Shown here one piece after another: positions 10,291-22,870 of a DNA stretch of 64,000 bases (position 1 is its first letter; each line of letters begins with the position of its first letter). Made by a program: the position numbers and the translations under genes. The DNA comes from Hydrolagus colliei. Its lineage: Eukaryota. The notes under the pieces are model-generated. The model made no database searches. It was not told the DNA's origin and saw only the letters and a program-made list of their open reading frames with translations. The stretch lies in assembly GCA_035084275.1 (NCBI GenBank), contig CM068754.1:8184001-8248000 (forward strand), written 5' to 3'.

Positions 10291-11429
10291 GGGAACACCT
10301 AAACAAAATGCACCGATTCATGTAACTTTGAGCTACGTGTATGCAGACTGTATCTGTGGTGTCCCTAGTGGACTAAAAGCATAAAATAGATGGATTTGTG
10401 AAGTGTGTTGGAGCGGCCCAACTTGAGATTTTGGTTCTCGGACTATGGCCTTTCAATGCCACTTGACAAGGAAGTAACATATCTAAATGGATATCCTGCA
10501 AATCAGGAATCCAAAGATGAGAAAAATAATATTTCATAAAATGTTCATCAAAATGTATCTTGCAACAGAGAGTGATCATCGAAGTAACACATATTCAAAT
10601 GAGTTTTTCAACAAAGTCAACTTAATAAAATTTGACAATGATGACCAGAGCAAAGCATCTTTTCAGCCATGCACTACTATTACCAGTACTCAGGAACATC
10701 ACAAATTGGATTCCAATGACCAGATAATTTAGGGAAATGAGATCCAAATACTGTGGACCTAAGCAGAAGGGAGTAGATACAATTATTAGTATTAACAGTC
10801 TGGCCTGAACTTTGTAACCTTCAAAAAACATTAGCATTAATTGAAATTCTGAAGGAAAATGTTTTATCCTGGTCATAATTGTCACATTTCATTTAGTTTC
10901 CTTTCGTGACATGCTTCACTGTTGCCAGTTTGGTAAAGGCAGGTTTTTGCCTTTAAGCAAGCGTGGCTGAGTACATATATACGTGTAGATTTACATATAT
11001 GACCTTGGCTTCTCTGTTTCAAGGTTTGGACTTTACGATGATACCTTGTTTCATAATCATTCCACATTATCTTTGAGTGCATACGAGAAATGGCAGGTTA
11101 CTGCTTTTCAGAACATAACAAAGTGTGGAATATTTTAAACGTTCTGGAGTGAGGAATACAGTATCCCCATAACATTTTAGCCATTTAAATGCAATGCCAA
11201 AATTTTTATAGTTTTACAGTTGAAATCCCAATTTCTTCAGGTTGAGCAATATTACTTGTGACAGTTTGTGTTTGTCAGTCCTGTATATCGAGTTCACAGA
11301 TTAATTTTCAAGCTGGTGCCCATGAAGCTCTAACAGGCTATTAGATGTGAGAAAGTGGAGCTCATCATTCGTTTAAATCAAGTCTCATTTCAGCTTCACG
11401 TTCCGTGCAGTGTGCTTGCAAAGCTTCAC

Positions 11430-11560
11430 AATAATAATTATTATTAACAATCAATGCATTTGATTCAGCACCTTTCACATTGGGAGGCAATCCTAAAGCA
11501 TTTCACAGAATTTACAGTAAAGCATAGTGACTGTGTATTTTTAGAAGCGAAGCTTGGTAG
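11430..11560 (-). mobile_element. SINE 3' fragment
   Basis: tgcatttgattcagcacctttcac...aagcatttcacagaatttacagtaaag...gactgtgtatt. Confidence 0.65.
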
Positions 11561-12557
11561 TGTACATGTAGTTATGAAAAGCCATTTTAGATTTGAAAAG
11601 TCAGTGACTAAGGCCTTATATACAATTTCAGCATTTCTGTGTGTTCTGTTCAGCCCACATATCCGTGTCACTTCAATACTCATGCAGTTCAATTGCCAAA
11701 AGACTGTGGTATTTACATAACAATGGACATCAACCAGCTCTGTATCCGCCGATTGATGAGAGATAGAAAGAGAGAGGTCATACTGAACCAGTCAATAACA
11801 ACTGCACTCCATACAGTAGTAAACTGCAGACAAAAATCCAAATTTACCGCTGCATTCCATCACAGTTTCTGTATGTGTCCTGACCATGTTTTTCTTGTCC
11901 TTTGCAGCTTTAGAAGATTGCTTCCTGAGCTCATACATCAAATGGAGGAGACTCCATTGCTGCTTAGAGGCTTAAGAAAGTGACTGGTTGACATCCAGTC
12001 ACTTGACAAAAGCATCCTCAATATGACCTGAATACCTTCAATCGAGTTTGACTTACAGTGTTCAGCCACTCTGCATGCTCTGATCAAACTGCAAACCCAT
12101 TAGACAATGGAATATCTAACGGCATGCCTGGTTGCCGTGTACAGTGAAACAGAAAGGCAAGTAAATTACAGCCATTTTCAAGAGTTATTGGCAGTTTATT
12201 GTCAGACAGCACAGAGGCATTAACTTTATATCTGCATAGCTGCGCCTTCAGATAGCCCACTCAGCACCAAGAGTGAGATAGATTGCAATACCGTTTGAAT
12301 GTACAAAGCTGCGTTTATTTGGAAAGAGCAAGGCACATCAAGGAAAGTTACAATTCTTAATCAAAAATAATGGGTCTCACTTGAAAAGAACGTGGGGCTG
12401 ATATTCCTTTTGCACAAAGCACAAGCAACTTTGACAAAATCCCATTATAACTGCATATCATGAAAGTCGCTATACTTCACGGCGCAAGGAATTTTTCTTC
12501 TGACAGTTCTATGTTTTTGATATATTTCTCCTCATTTATGATCAAAACAAACATATA

Positions 12558-12717
12558 CAGTAAATTTTCATTATAACACTGATTTACTGCTGTCATGTTT
12601 ATGGATATCGTAATAAATAAAGAACACATACAGTATAATTTTGCCGGTAACATGCCCTTCACTATAATGTTGCTCTGTTATGGGTCCCATAGGGAGTGTT
12701 ATAATAAGGGATTACTA
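12558..12717. mobile_element. Degenerate pogo/Tigger-type MITE
   Basis: ta-cagtaaattttcattataacac at the left and gtgttataataagggattacta at the right form imperfect TIRs starting CAGT. Confidence 0.6.
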
Positions 12718-12933
12718 TGCTGTACTGTGTACTGCTATCATTTTTCACTTTGATGAGGAAATAAAAAGATTAACAGCGGATAATCTCTAAGTGCAAACGC
12801 CAAAACGCAAAATAGGGGAAGAGATTGCTTCTGAAGTCAGTGTTTCAATCATCTTAAAGCAGAAATTCCTTGCTCACTCCAACCCCCTCCTCCTCGAGCT
12901 CCTTAGAAATAAATCCAAAATGTCTCAAGAGTA

Positions 12934-13283
12934 ATTTGATACAGTGCCTTTTCTTGTCTACGAGACGTCTCAAAACGCTTCATAGAATATACTGTAAAGT
13001 GGATTGACTGTATATTTTGTGCATGAAACACGCCAGCCAATTTGCACATAATCAGTGTCCTACAAACATAGATTGAGTGACCAATTTTTTTTAAAAAAAA
13101 CATTTTAAAGGAGTTACTCCCCTCAGAACAATGATCTGCCAATCGACTATCAACCAGGCTCCTATTTACTGCTAGGTAAACAGAGGCAGGTTGAATAAGG
13201 AAACTTGTTCAATGTTTCAAACCTAATGCAGGTCTCTCGCTTGCGAGGCAAGGTGAGTGCTCTAACCCACTGAGCTGCAGGAC
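12934..13283 (-). mobile_element. Near full-length tRNA-derived SINE, long-core subfamily
   Basis: The head (rc of aggtctctcgcttgcgaggc...gagtgctctaacccactgagctgcaggac), the extended core cctatttactgctaggtaaacagaggca and the tail gagacgtctcaaaacgcttc are all present. Confidence 0.85.
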
Positions 13284-13959
13284 AAATGCACATTGTTGTT
13301 GTTGTTGTGACCTCTTATATTACATATGCAGCCGAAGCACATAGACTACGCATCCTGCTCCTTCTTCATGTGTAGCTGCATTTGTAGTGCACCCATTAAT
13401 TACAGTAATACGCAAGAATCTGTGTTGCCTTTCAAAGTACCTGACGTCTCAGCATGCAAACATTTCCTCTCTACTTTCTAACATTTTCCTTCAAGTTGTG
13501 TTTGTGTGGGTGAGACTGTAGTTGTCGTTGAATGACAGATGATACAGGCACAAGTCTTTTCTAACCTCCTACAATGTGATGAGCCTCAATTTTCAGATCC
13601 TCATTTGAACAGCACCATGAAATACATTAGCCTAACCAAACCCATCATATATTTATTGTTTGTCAATTAGCATCTGAGGTTGCAAACCCCAGAGATGATG
13701 ATTTGAACTTTGACAAGAAAAAAAACTGTTCACTCATTTATGATAAGTGTAAGTATTTATGATAAGTGTACAAAGGATGGAGGTCAAAATATACCAGCAG
13801 ATGCAGTGACTTTGACCACTTAAGTTCCAGCTTAATCTGTACCACTAGACTGAAAGCCTTCTGCCTGTTCCTAAGGAACAGGGAAAGTGGTTTGGATTGT
13901 TGCAGTTCTCGTAAGTTTGCAAGTTTAATTACTTATATTTAAAAAAAAGTAATTCATTC

Positions 13960-14105
13960 CATGAACAATTAATTGTAGACATTGCTCTATGCAAATTGAC
14001 TGCCAAAGAAAGTTACTACACTCTTCAAAATATTTTGTGCACTCTTTGAGATATTTCAGTTGGATAAGGTGCTGTATCAAATTGCGAAGATTCATATTAT
14101 TTTAT
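13960..14105 (+). mobile_element. Old SINE 3' fragment
   Basis: gacattgctctatgcaaattgactgcc...ctttgagatattt...ataaggtgctgtatcaaattgc. Confidence 0.55.
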
Positions 14106-14949
14106 TGCTCTTCTAGAATAACAGCCATACAGTCTTCCCAGGACAAGAACAATATGTTTCGAAAGTGAGTCCAACTTCCTGACCTCAGCCACTTTTCCTG
14201 GAACACTGTTTCCAGCTGTTCATTATCCTCTGCAAAACATATTTATCTTGTCCTAAAATTGCCCTCCACAACCCTGAGTGTGTCCTCCTGACCTGCTGCC
14301 AGAGAACCTGAAGATGATGAGTGTGGGTGTGTGGGTGTTTGGTGGGGTGGGTTGAGTGGGGGTGGGGAGGGGGTGGGGATGCTCATTTATCCTGTTGCTG
14401 CTTCCAAAGGTCAGATGGTGTGACTGCTTCTGGAGGCAACACGTCGTTTATATTGCACGGCTGCTCAAGAAGGGTGGAGCTTCCAATGGATGCATTGAAA
14501 GCATCAGCAGCAATGCAACAACAACAAAATTCCACTTGTATAGTGCCTTTCACGCACTGCAACCTCATGGTAACTCCCACATAAACAATGAAAAGCATGA
14601 AACGATGGCAACTTGTCCAGCTCATTTATTTGTTTCTGGCATTCAGTAAGGGAAGGAATTAGAAATGGCCGATTTCAGAAGAAGGGGATGTGAAATGTCC
14701 ATGCAAAAGATGGCGTTAAGTTACTGATTGAATTGGAACAAATCCTATCTCTATTTACTGCTCTGAACCCAAAATTGCCAGTTTCATTTGGAAATGTTTC
14801 CTATTAATCGTCTGTTTCGGACCGAGATCAGTGCAAACAGGCAGCGGAGACAACTGGAAAAGAGAGAAATTGGTCTCAGAAGCAGATAAGAGTTAGTGGA
14901 CTCAGTGTAAGATGGGCATCAAGACAGTAGTTAAATTTAGAATATATCT

Positions 14950-14952
<3 letters not shown>

Positions 14953-14989
<37 letters not shown>
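14953..14989. repeat. (AT)n microsatellite
   Basis: Seen directly. Confidence 0.95.
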
Positions 14990-14991
<2 letters not shown>

Positions 14992-15874
14992 AAAAGCTGC
15001 TTTTATCTAATTATTAGTAGTTAATAACAGGATGTAAAGCCACTTGTGGCTCTAAAAACATATGAATGCAAAGCATATCTAATCCTTTCTACAATTGGCC
15101 ACAGCATTTGAAACAATTACAGCAATGGTGCACAGAAACACATTTTTTGCATACCTTTCTAGCTGACCCGAGAAAATAAATTGTCGAGCACAAACTAGAA
15201 GATTTGCTGGGAACAAGCAGAAAGATCTAAGGATTTGCTATTATCAAAAATATAGGCCTTTACATATTTATAAGCAGGGGGAGAGAAAAAAAATCCTGTG
15301 TAATTTACAGCTCAAATTGCTTTAGATCGAGATGACATGGATCCACGGAGGGAAAAAACACTCAGAAACAAGGGAACACTGAGAGAGGTTGCCTTCAGAA
15401 AATGTACTTCCCTGATTTCTGTGACTGTTGGTGTGCAATAACCATATGTGTGAGTTTATGTGTGACAGTCATTTCAACCGTAAAGATGAAAGATGGGGTT
15501 TCTTTTGAATTTAATGAATGATGCTTGTTGGATGTCACTGTTTATAATAGTGATATGTGGCATCTTCCCTTCACATCACATCTTGCTTTTTCTTAACCTT
15601 AATGTGTGATATTTTGTCCCTACGTATACCAACAGTATCTCATTAAGCTTCAACATTCAGTGAAAGTAATCTTTGAACAGCAGTTACTGTGTGTCTTAAT
15701 AACTACTTGTGTACTGAATAGTTTTGGCAGCTGTCAACATCCATCCTATCGTTAATTTACGGAAGCTGGGAAATTTATCAGTGTCTGTGGAATTGTGAAT
15801 ACAGAATTGGAAATAATTTGGGAAATGAATCAATAGAGAGCCAAAAAAACAGAATTGTGTTTGACCACAAAACG

Positions 15875-16030
15875 GGTATCACAACTGAGCCGAATCCTGC
15901 CCTCACTATGTCCACCTTGTAAACCTTCCAGGTTAGGCCTCTGGATAGCAATCAAAGGAAGCTTACTTTCCCTCCCTAACCCATAGGCACTGAGACAATT
16001 TGTTGTGCCCCAATTACTGTCCAGCTGGAA
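15875..16030 (-). mobile_element. Ancient SINE family B fragment
   Basis: gggtatcacaactgagccgaatcctgccctcac...ctggatagcaatca...tttccctccctaaccc...ggcactgagacaatt is the reverse complement of family B motifs. Confidence 0.6.
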
Positions 16031-16293
16031 ATCAATACGCAGCTGCATTGAATGCAAGTTTGACATATTGCGGCCCTATGGAGCAAAATGAAACAAAACG
16101 GAATGACAAATCACGTCCAAGGGAAGTAGGGATACAGCGACAGGAGGAGCCTTGTCTGCCAGATAATTAAATCTGAGCTACAAGACTTTACAATTATAGC
16201 ACATTAATGTCAAGACGATGTAGCCAAGGCTTACGATACAACAATTTTGACAATCTCAGTACCCAGGTTTTTCATACTGCGCTTTACAGTATA

Positions 16294-16643
16294 TAATAAT
16301 AATCCTTGCATTGATATAGTTCCACATCACATCTTTGAAATGTCTCAAAGAGCCTCACAACATATACTGTGAAATGAATTAACTGTGGGCAAAATGTGGC
16401 AGCCAATTGCACACAGCAGTGTTCCACAAAACGGCCATGGATTGAAGTGACCAATTGTTTTTTAAAGCAAGTTACCCTGGAAAGGTGATCCACCAATCGA
16501 TTAGCAGCCAAGTTCCTACTCACTGCTAGGTAAACAGAGGTGGGTCAAATAAGGATACAAGCACAACATTTCACCCGCTGGGAATCAAACCCAGGTCTAT
16601 CGCTTGTGAGTCAAGCGGTCTAACCACTGAGCTACAGAACTCC
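16294..16643 (-). mobile_element. Full-length tRNA-derived SINE, long-core subfamily
   Basis: Tail taataataatccttgcattgatatag, core cctactcactgctaggtaaacagagg, head ggaatcaaacccaggtctatcgcttgtgag...ctaaccactgagctacagaactcc. Confidence 0.9.
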
Positions 16644-18283
16644 ACATATCCTATGAAGCACTTTGGACTGCCCTCCCTACATGTAAGCCACTATACCTAA
16701 TGTAATATTGTTATTATATTTTCTGTACATCTCTTAATATATCGTATCTTCCCGGGCATTTTAATACTTTTATTATTACCCAACCTTATAAAGACATTGT
16801 TAATGAGCAGCCAGGTGCTACCAGGAGTATTATGCTGGGACACAACAGGGATTGGGGAAAGGATACACTTTCTATTAAATGTTGCCTGCTCATATAACGT
16901 TTTTTATTGATCACATTTTGCTCTGTCTCGCAGTCTTTTATGTACAGCCCTTATTCATTGTTGGGCTGCAGGCCACAGGTGTGTACATTTATGAATGTGA
17001 GTGCTTCTGGTGGAAGTAACTATTGCTCTGCATTAGTTTCTAAGTGACTTAATTCCTAATTTCCTCGTCACATACCCCATTTTCTCAATTGCTCTAAATG
17101 GGATTATATCAAAATCAATTTCCTTTGAGTTATGAAATCTTACATTTCCACTTCCCTTGCCTCTGTGTTACGAAAAGAGCTTCTGGGTGCTGCTGTGCTT
17201 TTTTTGTGTGACCCAAATATATTAGCCTAGATGAGAAATATAACTCACTGGAATTGCACGTAGCTTTTAGAGGTTTCAAAGGCTGGGAAAAGACCTTTCT
17301 TAGGAAGGCAGACAAAGCTCTGTTAATGTAAAGGTAGAGTTCCAGTATTGAATGAGGTGTATTTGAAATGGATTTATCTGCATCCTGACCTGTTTTTATA
17401 ATAGATCCAGCTCAGAAGCCAGAAATTAATTTGGTCTTTCCTTAAATCATCCTTCTTTAAGACTAGCCTCAGGGTCCGAATGTAATCTTTCCTCAGGTAT
17501 GCTGGTTGTAAGACGCTGTTTGGCATTTCCCTCCTACTACTGCACCTGGCAGCATTTCCCATTTTTTACACTTTCAGCTCAATTGATGCTGATGAATTAA
17601 GGCACTTGGGGGCTGCAGGCACCACTCCCACTGGGAACTGGAGTAAGATTGCTGAGAACTCATTATAATCATCAGCCTTAACAACCACCAGAGTCGCTGA
17701 CTTCTTTTTGGCACAACTGAGCTCAGTTCAAATCCGAGGCTTTTTTGGGGGGAAATGAAGGGCAAATAGCTTGGCTGACCACTTAAGAGTGGATTCCAAT
17801 TCTTGTTTAACGCAGTGATTCAAATACACTATTTTTATTCCTGTAAATGAAATGTTTTCTAGACAATGCTATTTCCATCCAAGTAATAAAACAATATGGA
17901 AAAGATCCGAATGTGACTGAATTATCCTTGACTGGTGTACTGGTGGGAATCACCACAATTTTAGCAACTGTTCACCACCAAATGTGGGGGAAAATGGAAC
18001 TGTAGGCAACACAAATCCCACTGGTATACAGAAATATATAGAGAAATGTGATAATACGACTAGCATGACTGACATTCAGGCAACATGAACGCACATGGCT
18101 CACCCACTACTGAAAGCTCAACAGATTGTTTCAAAGTTACTGTTTGCAAACAGATGAACGCGCCTTTACTATCATTAAATAAAGAATCACCTGATTTTGG
18201 TGTTGTGTACTGTTGAATGTACTAAATGCTGGATGTTGGGGCATTTTTTATGACCTAAATTTAAAGTATTCGATGGTAGAATA

Positions 18284-18524
18284 TACCCAGCAGTAAGTAG
18301 AACCCTATTAGTCGATTGGAGGATTGCCTTCTGGGATGATCATTCCTCAAATAAAAGTGGTCATTCACTCCATGACTGTTTGTGGGACACTGCTGTATGA
18401 AATTGGCTGTAGCGTTTCACTTTCAAACTATACAGTCAATTCACTTTATAGTATATTCTGTGAAACACTTTGAGATGTCTCAACAACACTATAAAACAAT
18501 GTGTCAAATGAACAAATTATTATT
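18284..18524 (+). mobile_element. 5'-truncated SINE, long-core subfamily
   Basis: tacccagcagtaagtag...gtcgattggaggat...tgtgggacactgctgt...ctttgagatgtctc...tcaaatg. Confidence 0.8.
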
Positions 18525-19294
18525 TACTAATCTTTGTTAACGAGTGAATATTCTTCTACATTTGTTGGTATCACTTGTGTTCATGAAGGATTAACACAAC
18601 CAGCCAGAGGTTCGTACATTCCGCACACTGTAAAGTGGTGCTTTGATCTTATAATTGGTAGTGTGAATTCTAGCAAAACAGTAAATGTACCTCCTCTGTA
18701 CATGTACAATGCAATGAGTGCCTACACATACATAAACAATGTGGGTGTTATAAGACTGACAGTTTTCCACATGGTTTCTGCAGTTTAAAATCTAGCTGTG
18801 AATTTTTATTGTCATACACATAAATCGTAAAAACTGTTAAAAACGACACCCCTGCAACTTAATGTTTTATAACCTCTGAATCTGGGTTATGACTATTTGC
18901 AGACTGCATAGAATCATGTTGCTTCTTGTGCATGTGGGATACTGGAAGAACCTAGCCACTGTTTTCAATTTTGCATGTTTCTCAATCTGAGATGCATACT
19001 TTATGCAGGAATATAACCACTCTGTTATGAATGTATCTATTGGAGAGGAGCAGGACTTATATTTGGCACATGATTATTTGTGCAGCCTTTCAGCCTGGGG
19101 ATGTTTAAAAAGCCTTTGAGAAGCTACGTAGAGCACATAAAGAAGTAAAAAGGGAACATGATGGTGGGAGGAGGTGGGAGAGTTGGTGGTATACATAGAT
19201 CATTAAAGGTGGGAGTGCAGATAGAAAAAGCTGAGAGAAAAGGAAAACGGTATTCTGTGTTTTTTTCATAGAAGCACTGAATACAAAAGCATAA

Positions 19295-19850
19295 ATATGA
19301 TGTTAAATTAGCAAAAGACTGGTTTGGCTGCACTTCGAATACTGTATACAGTTCTTGGCATCCCTATTACTGAAAGGACATGGCAGCCATTGAAAGGGTA
19401 GAGATGAATTCCATACACATTTTACCAATGATAAGGTTTTGAGGCTATGAGGATAGGCTTGAAAATTTGGGTTATTTTCTCAAGAACAGTGATGATTGAG
19501 AAGGAATCGAATAGTGGTCTTTACAATCAGAAAGATTGGATTGCTAGTGAAAGATTATTCCCCCCTGAAGAGAATTGGTAAAAAGGGGTTGTAAACTCAG
19601 GCTACCACTAAAATAGTGATTTATTTCACATATTAGAACATTAACTAAAGCCTCAAGTCTCTATAAGACATAACACGTAAAGGGAAATTGTTTAAATGCC
19701 TGTACTTGAATGGGAACAATATAAAATGACAAAGAAGAAAGAACAAAGTCTTGGGATTCCGGGATTCCGAGAAAAAAAACTCCATTGGAGGAGCTAGCAA
19801 TAACACATGGACAAAATGATGTCCTTCTGTGCTGTCATTTCTGTGATATT
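19295..19850 (+). mobile_element. Decayed CR1 LINE 3' region (ORF2 C-terminus and 3' UTR)
   Basis: Frameshifted remnants resemble the CR1 motifs HLEYCVQFW, YEDRLEKLGLFS and RRLRGDLI. The CR1-type tail ccttctgtgctgtcatttctgtgat is at about 19825-19848. Confidence 0.75.
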
Positions 19851-20132
19851 GTACGAAGTACAGATTGATTGTCTGGAGGCAAGCTAGTGTCAAAAACTAT
19901 TCACTTGCTTTCAAAAGTGTTCAAAATGGTATTCTGTGAGCTGTGGAGATGGGAAACAGCTGAAATACTATCTCCCAAATAACGTTCCTTATTTGTGTAA
20001 CAGTGGATGCACCGCACACCACTGCTGATCAAGTAAACAGCTCAAATTTATGAAGTGAACAAATATAGTTAAAAAGAGCAGTTCATAAATGAACCCTCTC
20101 AAAATTAGATTACGGCACAATCCACCTTAAGA

Positions 20133-20487
20133 TGTCAGCCTGGCTCAGTTGGTTGCATTTTCTCCTCTGAGTTAGAAAGTGGAGGGAACCACAGGACTTA
20201 GCACTTCCAGTTTAGACCAAAACTCCAGTGCGGTGCTGGGATTGATGCATTAGAGGTGCTGTCCTCTGGATCAGACATTAAATCAAGATTGCTTCTCTGT
20301 TCAGGCGGATGTTTCAAAAGTGTGTGTTGGTGGTGGGGTGGTTCTCCCATTATCCTGGCCACACAATCCCCAAGACAAAATTAGCCATTCGCTTAATGGC
20401 TGTTTCTGGGACATTGCCGTGCCCAAATTACAGTAAATCCTGTGAAGTGATTTGAGACTTTCAATAAAATGGAAGGATTATTATTCT
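20133..20487 (+). mobile_element. Old SacSINE1/DeuSINE-like element
   Basis: gtcagcctggctcagttggt...cctctgagttagaa...actccagtgc...gaggtgctgtcctctggatcagacattaaa...ttctccc...tcctggcc resembles the recalled shark SacSINE1/Deu-domain consensus. Ends in an (att)n tail. Confidence 0.7.
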
Positions 20488-21934
20488 CATCATTAACATC
20501 ACACAACTTCAAAACTGCAAGTAAGTTAAAACAAAATCAAATGTCTGGGCACAGCAGCAAATGTAATTGAGCACATTTGAAATACATTTGGTTTAAATGT
20601 GCTGACTGTGGTCTATTGCAGCTATAATTATAACTTTTAATTACAGGTGGATACTATTATTTCTAACTGTATGTTTTCCTGTACTATGATGAACATACAC
20701 AGACATTCATTCTACCTATCCCATTTCTCTTTTTATCATCCATGGTTATTAGATAGTCACAGGAAAGACACCAATATCCTGTTCGCTGTGCCCTATTATG
20801 TAGCCTCTTATCCTTTATATGTATTATTTAACTAAAGAATTTGTAGATGTTGAATTCCGATAACTAAAGCAATTACTGTACATTGTTTTACTGAACAGGC
20901 CCCAAAGGAAGCCTTCTATTTAAAAAGTCTCTGCTATTCTGAGCACGTTTTACAGCACAATTCACTGGCTGGTAGAAATCTGTTTCTCCAAATGATACCA
21001 GTATGATCTGCACTTAAAGGCATTTATTGATTTATGAAACAAATATCATCCCCTACTGGTTTCATTAGAAAGGCTCTTCTGTTAATTACTGCTCAATCAA
21101 ACCTTTGGTGTTTCATCCAGCCTGACAAATTAGTGAATTCAAAAAAACATTCATGAAAGAACGCTGCTCCAATTTCCTCACCCTCAAAATCTGGCAAAGT
21201 CCGGTAATTAAAAAAGTTATCAACGCCTTACACAAGAAGCTTCAGCACTCTGCAGTGCACCATTTCTGGAAACCCTTGCAAATAGAAAAACTCACTTAAT
21301 TTGTTCAAAACTTTATTTGACAAGCTGAGATTCTGAGTGAGTTGGGTATGTGGTGTTTCTAGGCTGCAGCATGTAAACTTAAGAATAAAATATATTCTTA
21401 AACATTGCAAGGGGGATGGAAAATCAATACGTAGGACAAGAAGCAGAGTTGATTTTCACTCTTCGTTGTGCGTACATGTTCACAAAATTAGAAAGTTGTT
21501 TTAAATATGGATTTTAAATTTCTGGTGTGGAGGGGGAGAAAATGCATTGTGTGTGCACTGCATTGCATTGTTAAGCAACAAAGCCTTTGGTGAATGATGG
21601 CTGCTTAATTTCAATTATAGGTGCAAACTTTAAATTCCAATAGTTCTGATTTAATCAACACAAATGTATTTTCCTTTCATCTCTTATCCAAGGTTTGTAC
21701 ACATAGGAAATTAAAAGGCGCACGGGTCAGTTGTCAAGAGTCTGTGAATCCCTGAACCTTGGGCTTCACACACTAGACTGTGTGGTGTGAGCCTCTAAGC
21801 AGCAAGTTATCTGACTTAGAGGTTCTGTCAGATGTGACCAGAATAGTTTATTTTTTTAAATCCTCAATAAAAAGTCAATTCACAATGGTCCAGCACATCA
21901 ATGCAGTGAGTAGTACTGGACCATTGTTAATTGA

Positions 21935-22080
21935 CTGAGCCACAGAGACCAGGAAACTCATGTACGACCTTGTGTTCTAAGTAGAGTTAGCTGATGTCAG
22001 CCGCAAAACGATGGAAAAGGACAACTGGTCTCAGCTTTATTCTCAGCTGAGGGACAGAACAATTGATAACAGTTCCTACA
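21935..22080 (+). mobile_element. Ancient SINE family B fragment
   Basis: actgagccacagagaccaggaa...gagttagctgatgtcagcc...caactggtctcag. Confidence 0.6.
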
Positions 22081-22385
22081 GAGAGCTGCATACCTAGTAA
22101 TAGCACAATTGATTCCAAGGTTTAAAGAAGTAGCAATGCCACCTGGATCTAGATTTACTCTGTGCCTTTAGCATTGCACATTTTCACGAATTTGGCAAAT
22201 CCCTTAATTCTGATACTGGTTTTTTGGATGCTTCTTTTATAAAAGTACAGAACAGCAGCTTCAAAGTTAAGACTAAATTCAACAATTTACGAGATTTTAG
22301 TTGCCTGAAATAATACAAAAATACAGAAAAGCTACACCCAGTAGAATATCTATCTACAAATGGTCCCATATTTAAGTTTACAGAG

Positions 22386-22439
22386 CAACAACAACAAAAT
22401 TATGTAATGCGCCTGTCACGTCAGGATGACTTCCCAAGG
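22386..22439 (-). mobile_element. L2 3' tail remnant
   Basis: caacaacaacaaaatt...gcgcctgtcacgtcaggatgacttcccaagg. Confidence 0.65.
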
Positions 22440-22564
22440 AACATAAAAAATTGTCCCTTGGATGAACTAACAGCATGGAACAATAACAGCAAGACTTGTA
22501 AGTTTTCAGATCCTAGCGGAAAGTGGGAATTAATATATTATTACACTACAAGGGTATATTTAAT

Positions 22565-22870
22565 AACAATACTAATCCTTGCATTTGATGTAGCACCTTA
22601 ACACATCTTCACGATGTCATAAAGCGTTTCTCAGAATATACTATAAAGTGAATTGAAAGCATGTTCTGTGAGCGAAACACAACAGTTATTTGCAAACAGC
22701 AGTGTCGCACAAACAGTATTTGGGGATGTTGGTTTAAAATGTAAAACGGCATCTGTGACATTGTAGCACTCCTCCAGCATTACACTGGAGTGTTGGCAAA
22801 GACTATAAGCTCAAAGTCCTGACATGAAGCTTGAAACCATAATCTCCTACCTCAGAGGTAAACTAAATTA
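22565..22870 (-). mobile_element. SINE tail and body followed by a SacSINE1-like head
   Basis: aatccttgcatttgatgtagc...aagcgtttctcagaatatactataaagtg, then acggcatctgtgacattgtagcactcctccagcattacactggagtg...aagtcctg...ttgaaaccataatct...ctcagagg. Confidence 0.7.
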
